Assembly: GCA_963726745.1 (NCBI GenBank)
Contig: CAVSDR010000002.1
Coordinates: 256,001 to 320,000, forward strand
Direction of reading: 5' to 3'
DNA: 64,000 nucleotides
From: an uncultured Verrucomicrobiae bacterium
Lineage (GTDB): Bacteria > Verrucomicrobiota > Verrucomicrobiia > Chthoniobacterales > UBA10450
Made by a program: the position numbers and the translations under genes. This document shows positions 22,776 to 31,844 of the stretch, in pieces. Numbering within the stretch: the stretch's first letter is position 1; each line of letters opens with the position of its first letter. The notes beneath the pieces were generated by a model. It saw only the letters and a program-made list of their open reading frames with translations, was not told where the DNA came from and made no database searches.

Positions 22776-23750
22776 CTAGACCAGCGCACCGCCGCAGCTC
22801 GAGCCAGCGCCGGCAGTGCAGCCGAAACAATGATCGCCGGTGAGAATCTCGCGGTGCTCGACCTCCGCGGGATCGAGGTCCCAGAGCGAAAGCGCGCGAT
22901 CGCCGTCGCGCCAGTGCAGCTTCAGCATCTGGTTGAAGTCGCAGTCAAAAACTTCGCCGGTCCAGCTGACGTTGATCGTGTTCCGGCACATCAAGCCGGC
23001 GACGGTCGCGGGATTGAAGGCGTCGTTCAAGAGCAGCATGTAATCGCCGAGCTTGTTGTTGTTCCGCAACCAGGAGGCGAAGCGCGCGACCGGCAGGTTC
23101 GTGATCGTAAATAGCTGGTTGAAGACGATCCCAAAGTGCTCGCGGAGCTCGCGCTTGTAGTCCGCTTCCAGTTCGGCTTGGGGCCCGGGGAGGACGGCGC
23201 CGTTGGGATTGAAGACGAGATGGAGTGGCAAGGCCGGATCGATCCCGTAGCCTAACGAGTTCAAGAGTTGCAGGCCCTTGATGCTGCCGTCAAAAACGCC
23301 GTCGCCGCGCTGCGCGTTCACGTTCTCCGGCGAGTAGCAGGGCATCGAGGCGATGATCTCGATCTGGTGTTGCGCGAGGAAGGCGGCGTAATCCTCAAAG
23401 CCGGGCTCGAGCAGGATGGTAAGATTGCAGCGGTCGATAATGTGCCGCGGCGGCGTAAGCGCTTTCAGCCGCTCGACGAAATACTTGAAGTCGGGAATCA
23501 TTTCCGGTGCGCCGCCGGTCAGGTCGACCGTGGGAATGTCGGTCTTCGCCAGCCAATCGATCACGCGATCGATCGTTGCGCGCGACATGATTTCCTTCCG
23601 CTTCGGCCCGGCGTTCACGTGGCAGTGAATGCAGGTGAGGTTGCACAGCTTGCCCACGTTGACCTGCAGGATCTCGGTGCGCGTGTGCCGCAGCGGCAGG
23701 CGATGCTCCGCGAGTTTGCGGGCGAAGGAATTTTCGGCGGTCAAGTTCAT
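22776..23750 (-). CDS. arsS: Arsenosugar-biosynthesis-type radical SAM protein (ArsS-like)
   Basis: LQVNVGKLCNLTCIHCHV (CX3CX2C), DLTGGAPE, C-terminal DCDFNQ...HCFGCTAGAGSSCGG. Confidence 0.85.
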   Translation of the reverse strand: MNLTAENSFARKLAEHRLPLRHTRTEILQVNVGKLCNLTCIHCHVNAGPKRKEIMSRATIDRVIDWLAKTDIPTVDLTGGAPEMIPDFKYFVERLKALTPPRHIIDRCNLTILLEPGFEDYAAFLAQHQIEIIASMPCYSPENVNAQRGDGVFDGSIKGLQLLNSLGYGIDPALPLHLVFNPNGAVLPGPQAELEADYKRELREHFGIVFNQLFTITNLPVARFASWLRNNNKLGDYMLLLNDAFNPATVAGLMCRNTINVSWTGEVFDCDFNQMLKLHWRDGDRALSLWDLDPAEVEHREILTGDHCFGCTAGAGSSCGGALV

Positions 23751-24865
23751 GCGAGGCGCAGGAGAGTATACGCGAGCGCGGCCAAAAGCGCAGCGCAGGG
23801 AAGGGTCACGATCCAGGAGAGGGCGATGTTGCGCATCACCCGCGGGTTACTCTGCGCGGTCGTGAGGCCGATGCCGAAAAGCGCGCCCACGGAGACATGC
23901 GTGGTCGAGACGGGAAGGCCGAAGAGGCTGGCTAAAATGACGAGCAAGCCGGTGGCCAGATTGGCCGCGAAGCCCTGGCCGTGATTCATCGCGGTGATTC
24001 GATGGCTCATGGTTTCGGCGATGCGGCGAGCATTAAGCAACCCGCCCAAGGCGATGGCGAGCGCGACCGCGAGGAAGCCCCAGCGCAGGTCGAGCGCCTG
24101 CAGGACGAGGAGCATGGCAACCATCTTCGGGGTGTCATTCAAGCCGCGCGCAAAACTGACCACGCCCGCGCTGAGGAAATGCGCCCCGTCCATCGCCGGC
24201 TGACCGCGGAGGCCGAGGAAATTGCCGGCATAACGTTCGCGGCAATCATCGAACTCGCCCACGCTCAGATTGACTGGGAACGGGCGCGAGCGCAGCGCCA
24301 GGATCGAGCCCGCCGGCTGGGCCACCACGCGTTCTTCGCGGCCAACGCAGACGCACCACTCCTTGCCCACGCCGAGGAGGACGCGCCCGGCATGCAAAAG
24401 GAAATAAAGCGCCGCGCCCAGTGCGATCGCCAGCACCGGGCCAAGCACGAGCGGAAGGAAGAAGCCTTTCCCGAGCGCGCTGAAATTGACCTGCCCGCCG
24501 ACCGCTACCAGCCCGCTGCCAACCAACGCGCCCGTGAGCGCATGCGTGGTGGAAATGGGAAACCCGAGCCGCGTCGCGAGGAGGACCGTGACCGCGGCCG
24601 CCAGGACCACCGCGAGCAAAAAAGCGGGCGAGGCCACAACGACGTCGGGCACGAGGCCTTTGCCGGAAAACTTCTTCAGCAATCCCTGCGCGAGAAAGAT
24701 GGACGCGAGCGAACCGGCAAAGGTGGTGACCGTGGCCCAGGCAATCGCGCTGCGGTAGCTGCAAGTGCGCGAGCCATAAAGGGAGGCCACGCCTTTGAAG
24801 TTATCGTTCGCCCCGTTGGACCAAGCGAGGAAGACGGTAGCGAGGAAGAGAGCGAGAGCGATCAT
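23747..24865 (-). CDS. PiT-family inorganic phosphate/oxyanion transporter
   Basis: NGANDN, PISTTHA..G, GLNDTPK, PVSTTHVSVG PiT signatures. Confidence 0.87.
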   Translation of the reverse strand: MIALALFLATVFLAWSNGANDNFKGVASLYGSRTCSYRSAIAWATVTTFAGSLASIFLAQGLLKKFSGKGLVPDVVVASPAFLLAVVLAAAVTVLLATRLGFPISTTHALTGALVGSGLVAVGGQVNFSALGKGFFLPLVLGPVLAIALGAALYFLLHAGRVLLGVGKEWCVCVGREERVVAQPAGSILALRSRPFPVNLSVGEFDDCRERYAGNFLGLRGQPAMDGAHFLSAGVVSFARGLNDTPKMVAMLLVLQALDLRWGFLAVALAIALGGLLNARRIAETMSHRITAMNHGQGFAANLATGLLVILASLFGLPVSTTHVSVGALFGIGLTTAQSNPRVMRNIALSWIVTLPCAALLAALAYTLLRLA

Positions 24866-25740
24866 ACGCGATAGCCGGTGCGAAAGAAGAGCCGATAGAT
24901 CGCGCCGCCGCAGAGGCCGCCGACGATCGGCGCGACAAGGTAAACCGTGAGCCAGCCGAGCCCATTGGCGGTGAAGGGCACGCCGCGCCAGCCAGCAAGC
25001 GAAGAGAAGAGGCGCGGCGCGAGGTCGCGCGCGGGATTGAGGCAGGCCATGGTCATCGGGCCGAGAAGCGAGATCAGGATCGTGACCGTGAGGCCGATGG
25101 TCGCGGCCGTGAGGAGTTGCGGGCGATTGGCGTTGCGCTCGTCGGTGACGCAAAAGATCACCAGCAGGAGAATGGCGGTGCCGACGACCTCGGCGGCGAA
25201 GGCGGCGCCGGGCGAGAGAATCGCGCGTGTCTCCGGCGTGAGTGCCTTGCCGCCGGGATTCGGGAAAAATTCGCCGAAGATCATGGCAGTGGCTTCGCTC
25301 CCGGCCTCGCCGCGGATGATGTTGTGCTTCGTTTCGTAGCTACGAATGGCGCCGCCGTAGAGCGCGAAGACCATGGCCGCAGCGGCGAAAGCGCCGACTA
25401 ATTGCACGCCGATATAAGGCAGGACGAGCCGCGCGGGGAAACGCGCGAAGGCGGCCGCAGCGATCGTAACCGCGGGGTTGAGATGCGCGCTGCTGAGCGA
25501 GCCGGTGAGATAAATCGCAGTCGCCACGCCCAACCCCCAGACGATCGCGACCTGAAAGACGCCCACCTGCGCGCCGGTCGTGACCGCGGCCGCGCCGCAA
25601 CCAAGACCGAAGAAGACGAGCAGGAAGGTGCCGAAGAACTCGCCGATGACCCATTTTGGAATGGGCGTCGCAGCGAGCTCGATCTCGGCCTCGGCGTGCG
25701 GCGGCGGCTCCGGTCGCGTCGCGCGAATGAACTCGGCCAT
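24862..25740 (-). CDS. MIP-family aquaglyceroporin
   Basis: GEFFGTF, AHLNPAVT, second NPARD motif. Confidence 0.92.
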   Translation of the reverse strand: MAEFIRATRPEPPPHAEAEIELAATPIPKWVIGEFFGTFLLVFFGLGCGAAAVTTGAQVGVFQVAIVWGLGVATAIYLTGSLSSAHLNPAVTIAAAAFARFPARLVLPYIGVQLVGAFAAAAMVFALYGGAIRSYETKHNIIRGEAGSEATAMIFGEFFPNPGGKALTPETRAILSPGAAFAAEVVGTAILLLVIFCVTDERNANRPQLLTAATIGLTVTILISLLGPMTMACLNPARDLAPRLFSSLAGWRGVPFTANGLGWLTVYLVAPIVGGLCGGAIYRLFFRTGYRV

Positions 25741-25753
25741 GTTGCCGGCTAAA

Positions 25754-26914
25754 TTAGCAGCAGCCGCCGGCGTCGCAGCACGAGCTCGCGTCCGTGGTGA
25801 CGGAATAATCCTGGCCCTTGGTCTCGCGCGGATGCCGGAGCGCGGTGCGGGTGCAGTCAAAGGGCTGGGCCTCCGCGAGCGGGATTTCGGTCATCGGCTC
25901 GATGAACTCGAACGACTGCGCGTAAGGCGCCTTGCGGTAGAGATTGAAGGTCTTGTCGCACACCGCGTAGCGCACGCCGCGCTCCATCCGGTGATTGTCG
26001 TCATCGAGCACTTCTCGGAAGGGACCACGATAAACGACCGCCTGGTTGCGCTCGAAACAGGGGCCCTGCTTGCCCTTGAAGGCTTCGATCGTGACCGAGC
26101 GAAACTCGATGCCTTCGACCGTTTGCCACGGCTGCGCGTCGCGCTTGAGAATCTGGATGCCGTAGAAGCCGGCCTCGCTGAACGCCTGGAGGAAGCCTTC
26201 CTCGGTGAGCGCGCCGGAGATGCAGCCGCTCCAAAGTTCTGCATCCTCCTGCAGACGCTCGGGCACTTCTTCGTCGGAAACGATATCGGAGATGACCGCG
26301 CGGCCGCCGCGGCGGAGGACGCGGAAGATTTCCTCGAAGAGCTGCCGCTTGGCCTTGGCCTCGACAAGATTGAGCACGCAGTTCGAGACGACCACATCGA
26401 CCGACTCCGTCGCGACCAGCGGAAATTTCACGCGCAATTCCTGCGCGAGTTCATCGGCGCGCAGAAAAGAAGCCGCGTCGGTGATGGGCGAGTTCTTGAG
26501 CTCGTCGTCTAATTTATCGAGATCGAGCGCGAGGTCCTGGATGCGGCCTTTGCGAAACTCGACATTGGCGTAGCCGAGGCGCTCGGCCACGATCGGCGCG
26601 TTCCGCCGCGCGACGCTGAGCATCTCATCGGTCATGTCGACCCCAATCACTTTGCCGGAAGAGCCGACCACTTGCGCGGCGATGAAGCAGATTTTCCCGG
26701 TGCCGCTGCCGAGATCGAGCACGGTTTCGCCGGCCTGCAGATACTTGCTCGGGTCGCCGCAGCCGTAATCGCGCTCGATCACTTCGGCGGGAATGATCTT
26801 GAGGAACTGCGGGTCGTAGTCGACCGGGCAGCAAAGCTTCGCTTCTGCGGCTTGCGCGCCGGCGGCGTAACGTTCGCGGACGGCGCTTTCGGGATTCAAT
26901 TTGGGGGTGCTCAT
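25754..26914 (-). CDS. arsM: Arsenite methyltransferase-like SAM-dependent methyltransferase
   Basis: LCCPVDYD, YGCGDP, LDLGSGTG, GVDMT.EML, VSNCVLNL, WSGCISGA, Cys-rich tail CCDAGGCC. Confidence 0.78.
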   Translation of the reverse strand: MSTPKLNPESAVRERYAAGAQAAEAKLCCPVDYDPQFLKIIPAEVIERDYGCGDPSKYLQAGETVLDLGSGTGKICFIAAQVVGSSGKVIGVDMTDEMLSVARRNAPIVAERLGYANVEFRKGRIQDLALDLDKLDDELKNSPITDAASFLRADELAQELRVKFPLVATESVDVVVSNCVLNLVEAKAKRQLFEEIFRVLRRGGRAVISDIVSDEEVPERLQEDAELWSGCISGALTEEGFLQAFSEAGFYGIQILKRDAQPWQTVEGIEFRSVTIEAFKGKQGPCFERNQAVVYRGPFREVLDDDNHRMERGVRYAVCDKTFNLYRKAPYAQSFEFIEPMTEIPLAEAQPFDCTRTALRHPRETKGQDYSVTTDASSCCDAGGCC

Positions 26915-27061
26915 AACTTTTTCGGCGCAGGCGCTCGCCTGTCCTAGCGGCTATCCGTCGTTGATACAAAAACGGATGCAACCGGGCGATAAGAGTTTTC
27001 ATCGCGCCGGGCGGCGCTGGAGGATTGCGCACCGCAGTTCGAGCGCTACTCTGCCGGGCAT

Positions 27062-27295
27062 ATGAACGCTCCTGACCCCGCTCCCACCACGCGCGCCCGC
27101 TCGATTTCGCCCGAAGCCTTGATCGGGACCGGGATCACGATCGCGATGGTTGGATTGCTTTTCCTCCTGCTCGGCTGGGCGCAATACATGCGCCTGGTGC
27201 ACGACGCGGCCATGATCCTCGGCGCGTTGGGCGCGGCGCTCGCGCTCCTCGGCGTGATCATCTGGATCAGCGGCGCAGCGAAGCAGCGGAATTAG
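27062..27295 (+). CDS. Small membrane protein (2 TM)
   Basis: 77 aa with two hydrophobic segments; fills the gap between flanking genes. Confidence 0.6.
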   Translation: MNAPDPAPTTRARSISPEALIGTGITIAMVGLLFLLLGWAQYMRLVHDAAMILGALGAALALLGVIIWISGAAKQRN

Positions 27296-27299
27296 CCAG

Positions 27300-28895
27300 C
27301 TAGCTGGGGGCGCCAAGTTTGTCGGTGCGCGCTTTCACGATTGCGCGGACGAGCTCGGCTGGATCGACTGGCTTGGTCAGGTATTGATCGAAGCCGCACT
27401 CGAGGGCGCGGGCGCGATCCTGCGCGCTGGCATAAGCGGTCAGGGCAATGATGGGCAGCAGCTGGCCGTTGTGTTGCTCGTGCGTGCGGAGCGTGCGCAC
27501 AAAGGCGTAGCCATCCACGCCCGGCATGGCGACATCGCTCACGATCACATCGGGATGCACCTCGGGCATGAGCGCGAGGGCATCGGCCACGGACTCGGCC
27601 ACGGTCACGGAGGCGCCGCATTTCGTCAGCGTGAGGGCGACGATCTCCCGCACACTCGCTTCGTCGTCCACCACCATCACGTGCACGCCGCGCAGGCAAT
27701 TTTCCGGGAAGTTCCGCTCCGTTGCCGCGAGCTCGCGGAGCGGTTTTGCCTGCCGGGTGTCGAGCGCCACGATCGGCAACAGGACGGTGAAAGTGCTGCC
27801 TCTTCCTTCGCCTTCGCTTGCGACTTCGATTTGCCCGCCATGCATCATGACGAGCTGATGCGCGATCGTGAGCCCAAGTCCGAGTCCGCCGTGATGGCGC
27901 GTGGAACTGCTGTCGCCCTGGCGGAAACGCTCGAAAATATGCGGCAATAAATCCGGGCCGATCCCTTTGCCGGTATCGGTCACCTGAATGACGGCGTGGG
28001 CGCGTTCGCGCACTGCGCGCAAGCGCACATGGCCGCCGCGCGGGGTGAACTTGACCGCGTTCGTGAGAAGATTCAGCACGACCTGCTGGAGGCGCATGGC
28101 GTCGGCCTCGACCAGGAGGTGATCCTCGTCGCCGAGCGCGATCTCGAGGCTCACGCCTTTCAAATCGGCCGAAGGACGAACCGCTTCGAGCGCCTCGCGG
28201 ACGACACTGATGAGGTCGAGCACGGTGCGGTCGAGGGTGAGCTTGTGATTGATGATGCGGGTAATATCGAGCACGTCCTCGATCAACCGCGCCTGGGACT
28301 CGGCGTTGCGCATGATCGAGTTGACCGCCTCCACTCGCTCCTCTTCGCTGAGGACGTTTTCCTGCATCAGGCGCGTCCAGCCGAAGACGGCATTCAAAGG
28401 CGTGCGCAGCTCGTGTGAGATCATGCCGAGGAACTGATCCTTGTGGCGGTTCTCGCGGCGCATGTCGTCGCGCGCCTGGCGGAGCGCTTCCGCGGCCAGC
28501 TTTTGCTCGTGGATATCGGTGCAGGTGCCGAACCAGTTCACGATCTCGCCCGCGTCATTCCGGAAAGGAAGCGAGCGTCCGAGGAACCAGCGATACTCGC
28601 CATCGCTCGCGCGCCGGAGGCGGAACTCGATTTCGTAGGGCAGGTCGGTGCGCATGGCTTCGTCCCAGGCGCTGTTGGCGCGCTCGCGATCTTCCGGATG
28701 GAGGAGATGATTCCACGCATCTTTCCCCGAGGTTTCCAGGGTGAGCCCGGTGTATTCGGTCCAGCGGCGATTATAAAACTCGTGCGAGCCATCGGGCCGC
28801 GCGACCCAGACGATTTGCGGCAGGTTGTCCGCCAGGGTGCGCAGGATCTCGAGTTCGCGCGGGAAGAGTTCAGCCTCGGTGGGCAGGTCGTTCAT
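27300..28895 (-). CDS. Hybrid sensor histidine kinase (PAS-HisKA-HATPase-REC)
   Basis: PAS (N.RW.EYTG, HPEDR, YRWF), SHELRTPL, NAVKFT, GGLGLGL, receiver VVDDE, SDVAMP, KP. Confidence 0.92.
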   Translation of the reverse strand: MNDLPTEAELFPRELEILRTLADNLPQIVWVARPDGSHEFYNRRWTEYTGLTLETSGKDAWNHLLHPEDRERANSAWDEAMRTDLPYEIEFRLRRASDGEYRWFLGRSLPFRNDAGEIVNWFGTCTDIHEQKLAAEALRQARDDMRRENRHKDQFLGMISHELRTPLNAVFGWTRLMQENVLSEEERVEAVNSIMRNAESQARLIEDVLDITRIINHKLTLDRTVLDLISVVREALEAVRPSADLKGVSLEIALGDEDHLLVEADAMRLQQVVLNLLTNAVKFTPRGGHVRLRAVRERAHAVIQVTDTGKGIGPDLLPHIFERFRQGDSSSTRHHGGLGLGLTIAHQLVMMHGGQIEVASEGEGRGSTFTVLLPIVALDTRQAKPLRELAATERNFPENCLRGVHVMVVDDEASVREIVALTLTKCGASVTVAESVADALALMPEVHPDVIVSDVAMPGVDGYAFVRTLRTHEQHNGQLLPIIALTAYASAQDRARALECGFDQYLTKPVDPAELVRAIVKARTDKLGAPS

Positions 28896-28981
28896 GGAGG
28901 GCGCGAGGGACACTTCGTCTTTTTGGGAGCACGAATTGTTCTTAAAAACCGCTCCGCCTGTCCACCGGGAAAGTGCGCCAA

Positions 28982-29548
28982 TCAATCCGCGCCGGAGACC
29001 TCGAGGGCATAACGGCGCCGGATGCTGGAGCCAAGTGCCCGAATATCGGCGCCGTAGACATGCACCGAGACGGCCGTCTCCTGGCCGGCATTGGCTACCC
29101 GATGAATGTCGCCCGGCGGGATCAGCGCGGCGACCGATCCGCCAGGATTTACCTGGTGGCCTCCGGGAAGCAGATGGAGGGTGCCATTTTCCCCAGCGAG
29201 AGTGTAAACCGTCTCGGACTCCTCGCCGCGATGCACTCCGACGACACACCAGGAAACGTGATCGTGGATCGGCGTTGACTGTCCCGGCAGCCAGACCAGG
29301 GCGACGACCGAAAAACTGCCGTCCTCTTCCACGTGGAGAACGTGCTGGCAATAATCGCAGGTCGTGGGCGCAAGTTCCGCCAGCGCGAGAAAATCCTCGC
29401 GACCCAGCAGCGGTCGAAGCAGGTCGGCCACCATTGTTCCGACCGCGTGGTCATCCAGCCCGCCCTGCACGGCGGACCGCACGTCTTCCACAAATTTGCG
29501 GAAGGCCGGCGTTTTTTCGCTGCGCGTTGCTTCGATCGTGACAGCCAT
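28982..29548 (-). CDS. Cysteine dioxygenase-family cupin
   Basis: W.PGQ.TPIHDH.SW, DIHRV.N, SVHVYG. Confidence 0.85.
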   Translation of the reverse strand: MAVTIEATRSEKTPAFRKFVEDVRSAVQGGLDDHAVGTMVADLLRPLLGREDFLALAELAPTTCDYCQHVLHVEEDGSFSVVALVWLPGQSTPIHDHVSWCVVGVHRGEESETVYTLAGENGTLHLLPGGHQVNPGGSVAALIPPGDIHRVANAGQETAVSVHVYGADIRALGSSIRRRYALEVSGAD

Positions 29549-29571
29549 TTGCTTTCTTCGACTCCCGAAAG

Positions 29572-29616
29572 TTCACTACCTCCGCCGCCGACGTTTGTCG
29601 ACGGCGGAGAAGTGAA
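29572..29616 (-). terminator. Long GC-rich hairpin, possible terminator of the 29641..31740 gene
   Basis: TTCACT..CTCCGCCG.CGAC-GTTT-GTCG.CGGCGGAG.AGTGAA imperfect inverted repeat; U-tract weak. Confidence 0.45.
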
Positions 29617-29640
29617 AGGCCGCGCGCGTGAAAGGGCTGG

Positions 29641-31740
29641 CTATTTTGTCTTCACGATGGTGGCCGAGGCCGTGCGGGTCAGCGCAGGCGAGCCGCCGGT
29701 GCCGGTGACGGTGAAGTTGTAAGTGCCTTTCGCGGTCGAGCTGGCCACGTTCACGCTCAAGGTTGAAGACGTGGTCGCCGGGTTCGGGCTGAACGAAGCA
29801 GTCACGCCCGGAGGCAGCGCCGAAACGCTCAAAGTAACCGGCGAATTGAAGCCATTACTCTGCGTAATCTGCACCGTGTAGGTGACCGTGCCGCCGCTGC
29901 GATTCACGCTGCGCGAGGAGGGGCTGATGGTGAGCGTGTAATTAGGTGCCGGCGTTGGTGTCGGCGTCGCACTTGGCGTTGCCGTCGGAGTCGGCGTGGC
30001 GCTTGGCGTTGCGGTCGGAGTGGGAGTCGGAGTCGGACTGCCGCTCGCGATCTTGAAACTGCCGATGCGGGTGCGCCAGTTGTACGTCCCCGTGGTCGCG
30101 TAGTATTCGCTCGTGAACCAGAAGGTGCTGTCGTCTACCGGATCGACCGTGAGCGAGGCATAGTCGCCCCAGCGGTTGCCGGTGCCGCTCTGGCTGCCGG
30201 TGCCGTCGTAAAGGTGCGTCTCGCCCTGCGTGAGGGTGTTCAAGGGATCATTGGCAAGACGTGCGTTGTAGCGCAGCTGCGGGTTGATCGATGAACTCGA
30301 AGCGCTGTAGGCGAGGGCAATGTTTCCCTGGCCATCCATGGCCGTGCTCGGGATCCAACGCCAGGTCGTGTCCGGTTGGTAGGTGCTCTCCTGGTAGACC
30401 TGCACCGGGCCCGCGGTCACGCCGCGAAGCTCGAACCAGCGAATGCCGGCCACGCCGTTCGCGCTCACCGTGTAGGCGCCCACGACCGCTTCATGATCGC
30501 CGAAGTTGCGATAGGCCAGGCGGAACATGAGACGATCGCCGCTGGCATCGAGATTATTCGCCGAGGTCACGCCAGCTTGCGGCACGCAGGCACGCGTGCT
30601 CGGGCAGAGCATGGTGAAGCCAGCGGCCGGCGGATTGGCAAAGGTGGTGAAGGTGGAGTTCGCCGGCGTGGTGAAGTCGGCGTGGAAATGATACGTCGTG
30701 TAGTTCGGGCTGGTCGATTGGCCTGGGAAACCGACGAACGTCGCGGGCGCACCGCTCGGCGGCAGCGTGGGACCATCGAGATCGGCCGGCAGGAACGGAT
30801 CGACCGTCCCGCCGAGCGGGGCCTTCGGACTAACGAAGGTAGCCGGCTGGTTAACCAGCATCTTGGCACGATCGAAAGCAAACGCCTGCGGCCCGAGATA
30901 GGAAGTGCCGGCGGCGTTGAAGACGTTCATGCTCATATAATAGCCGTCCGGCCACACGCTCAGGTGCGGGTAATCGTAGAAGTTTGAGCCGAGATGGAAG
31001 CCGTAGCGCGCGTAGGTCCCGGTTGCGTCCGCCGTCGTCGAGATGGCCACGCACTCGTCGGTGATCGCACCGTTTGAGGTTGCCTTGGCAAATTGGCTGA
31101 TCAGCCAGCGATCGGCCAGCCGGTCATACAGCACCACCGGATCCCCCGAGCCGCCGGTCTCGCAAGCGCCGCCAAAGCCGGTCCAAATCGAGGAGATGCT
31201 CTTCGGCCCGAGCACGGAAGCGCCCGTCACTTTATCGAAGACTTGATAGCCTTCGTTGACGATCTGGACGTACTGCGTTTTGCCCACGGCGCCGTTCGTA
31301 TCCGGCGGCGCGCAGCTGCAACCAACGCCAGGGAAGGGGATGCCATCGAAATTTTGAATTGGCGCGCTCAAGCTCGGCGCGAGGGCGTTGAGCACTGAGG
31401 CGCGCCCGACCTGCTCGTGCTGAATCACCGGGTCGGCCACGTCTTCGTGGCGCCGCGGGATTTGCGGGTTCTCATTCGCTTCGTGCTCCTCTTTATAAGA
31501 GCGGCGATTTGGATTCTCCGGGATGTCCCGCGCTGCCGGCGAGATGTCATTCTTGTAGGAAACCCCCACGTCCATCGGCGGACTCTCTCGTCGCTGGCTG
31601 GCCTCCTGGGCCAGGGCGTGGCTGGGGCCGAAGACGCCGAGACCGAGAAGCGCAAGCAGGCAGGCGCAACCCGCGAGCAACAAGGCGGCGAGCACGCGAA
31701 GATGGAAGAAGGCAGAACGCGACGAGGTTTTCTTTTTCAT
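29641..31740 (-). CDS. Secreted protein with large conserved domain, Pro/Thr linker and C-terminal Ig-like domain
   Basis: Long signal peptide; PPDTNGAVG, GDPVVLYD, RWGDY motifs; (PT)n linker; beta-rich tail. Confidence 0.8.
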   Translation of the reverse strand: MKKKTSSRSAFFHLRVLAALLLAGCACLLALLGLGVFGPSHALAQEASQRRESPPMDVGVSYKNDISPAARDIPENPNRRSYKEEHEANENPQIPRRHEDVADPVIQHEQVGRASVLNALAPSLSAPIQNFDGIPFPGVGCSCAPPDTNGAVGKTQYVQIVNEGYQVFDKVTGASVLGPKSISSIWTGFGGACETGGSGDPVVLYDRLADRWLISQFAKATSNGAITDECVAISTTADATGTYARYGFHLGSNFYDYPHLSVWPDGYYMSMNVFNAAGTSYLGPQAFAFDRAKMLVNQPATFVSPKAPLGGTVDPFLPADLDGPTLPPSGAPATFVGFPGQSTSPNYTTYHFHADFTTPANSTFTTFANPPAAGFTMLCPSTRACVPQAGVTSANNLDASGDRLMFRLAYRNFGDHEAVVGAYTVSANGVAGIRWFELRGVTAGPVQVYQESTYQPDTTWRWIPSTAMDGQGNIALAYSASSSSINPQLRYNARLANDPLNTLTQGETHLYDGTGSQSGTGNRWGDYASLTVDPVDDSTFWFTSEYYATTGTYNWRTRIGSFKIASGSPTPTPTPTATPSATPTPTATPSATPTPTPAPNYTLTISPSSRSVNRSGGTVTYTVQITQSNGFNSPVTLSVSALPPGVTASFSPNPATTSSTLSVNVASSTAKGTYNFTVTGTGGSPALTRTASATIVKTK

Positions 31741-31844
31741 AATAGAGAGAGAACTGGCTCCCGTTTCTACGCCCGTTTCTTACGTGAGTTGAGTTATTTT
31801 TCCGTAATCCTCTCCGCCCTCCGGCCGCGCGCGTAGAGTAGTGC

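Noticed and set aside
22776..22830. Selenocysteine in the ArsS C-terminal GSSCGG motif
   Set aside because: The codon is TGC (Cys) and there is no in-frame TGA
29945..30040. Short tandem repeats as a CRISPR array or VNTR
   Set aside because: They encode the Pro/Thr linker of the secreted protein; no spacer structure and no cas genes
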